Program-made: the position numbers and the translations under genes
Notes under the pieces: model-generated
What the model was told of the DNA's origin: nothing
Seen by the model: the letters and a program-made list of their open reading frames with translations, nothing else
Databases searched by the model: none
Assembly: GCA_963769935.1 (NCBI GenBank)
Contig: CAVYNY010000022.1
Span: forward strand, 96,001-160,000
DNA: 64,000 nucleotides
Direction: 5' to 3'
Source of the DNA: an uncultured delta proteobacterium
GTDB taxonomy: Bacteria > Desulfobacterota > Desulfobacteria > Desulfobacterales > JAFDCJ01
Shown here: one piece after another, positions 63,889-64,000 of the stretch
How positions within the stretch are numbered: position 1 is the first letter of the stretch
How the letters are laid out: every line of letters begins with the position of its first letter

Positions 63889-64000
63889 AAAAAGAAAAAC
63901 CCCGGCAGGTGCCGGGGTTTTTTGTTTTCCATTCTGGTATTAACAGGTTCATATCCGATACAAAAAACACCCGGCCCTTGATCGGCTGCGACGGCGGCAA
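63889..64000 (-). promoter_or_regulatory. Putative arginine-sensing transcription attenuator (leader peptide 3' part, antiterminator, terminator)
   Basis: Leader ...[16 protein letters not shown] (63999-63949); terminator CCCCGGC-ACCT-GCCGGGG-TTTTTCTTTTT; alternative pairing of 63975-63960 with 63925-63911. Confidence 0.75.

Noticed and set aside
63809..64000. ORF-track 63-aa ORF and the extended argG start at 63932
   Set aside because: Both run through the terminator hairpin; argG has a good SD before ATG 63872, and the Arg-rich frame explains the region better

Overview
Bacterial chromosome segment. Gene content (class II benzoyl-CoA reductase, HdrA/MvhD selenoproteins, tungsten AORs) points to an anaerobic deltaproteobacterium, probably Desulfobacterales-like (inference). 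Layout: (1) 1-5.6 kb stress/storage genes (DUF1566, EEP, PRC-barrel, USP, glgA, PilZ). (2) 5.9-14.3 kb minus-strand bamBCDEF-type cluster; bamE and bamF each contain an in-frame TGA at a Cys position followed by a SECIS-like hairpin, so the ORF track splits both. The cluster is led by a small DUF2080 gene whose promoter is overlaid by four 11-bp-phased repeats. (3) 14.3-33.6 kb patchwork accessory region ending at tRNA-Pro: pseudogenes, a MITE-disrupted IclR, a 2-oxoacid:ferredoxin oxidoreductase plus TRAP operon, an integrase remnant, a divergent SHMT-like enzyme, a long KamA-like radical SAM protein, duplicated tRNA-Pro 3' ends, a nucleotidyltransferase-fold gene and a GIY-YIG mini-module. 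(4) 33.9-45 kb core genes: amidase, tRNA-Leu, tig-clpP-clpX-lon, tRNA-Asp/Val, fabH. (5) 45-57.6 kb AOR/DapA-like/dehydrogenase cluster, a signal-peptide-bearing rubrerythrin, response regulators, more fragments, apgM. (6) 58-64 kb argG-carA-carB, preceded at the window edge by what looks like a classical Arg-codon ribosome-stalling attenuator. All family calls come from motif recognition by eye; no searches were run.
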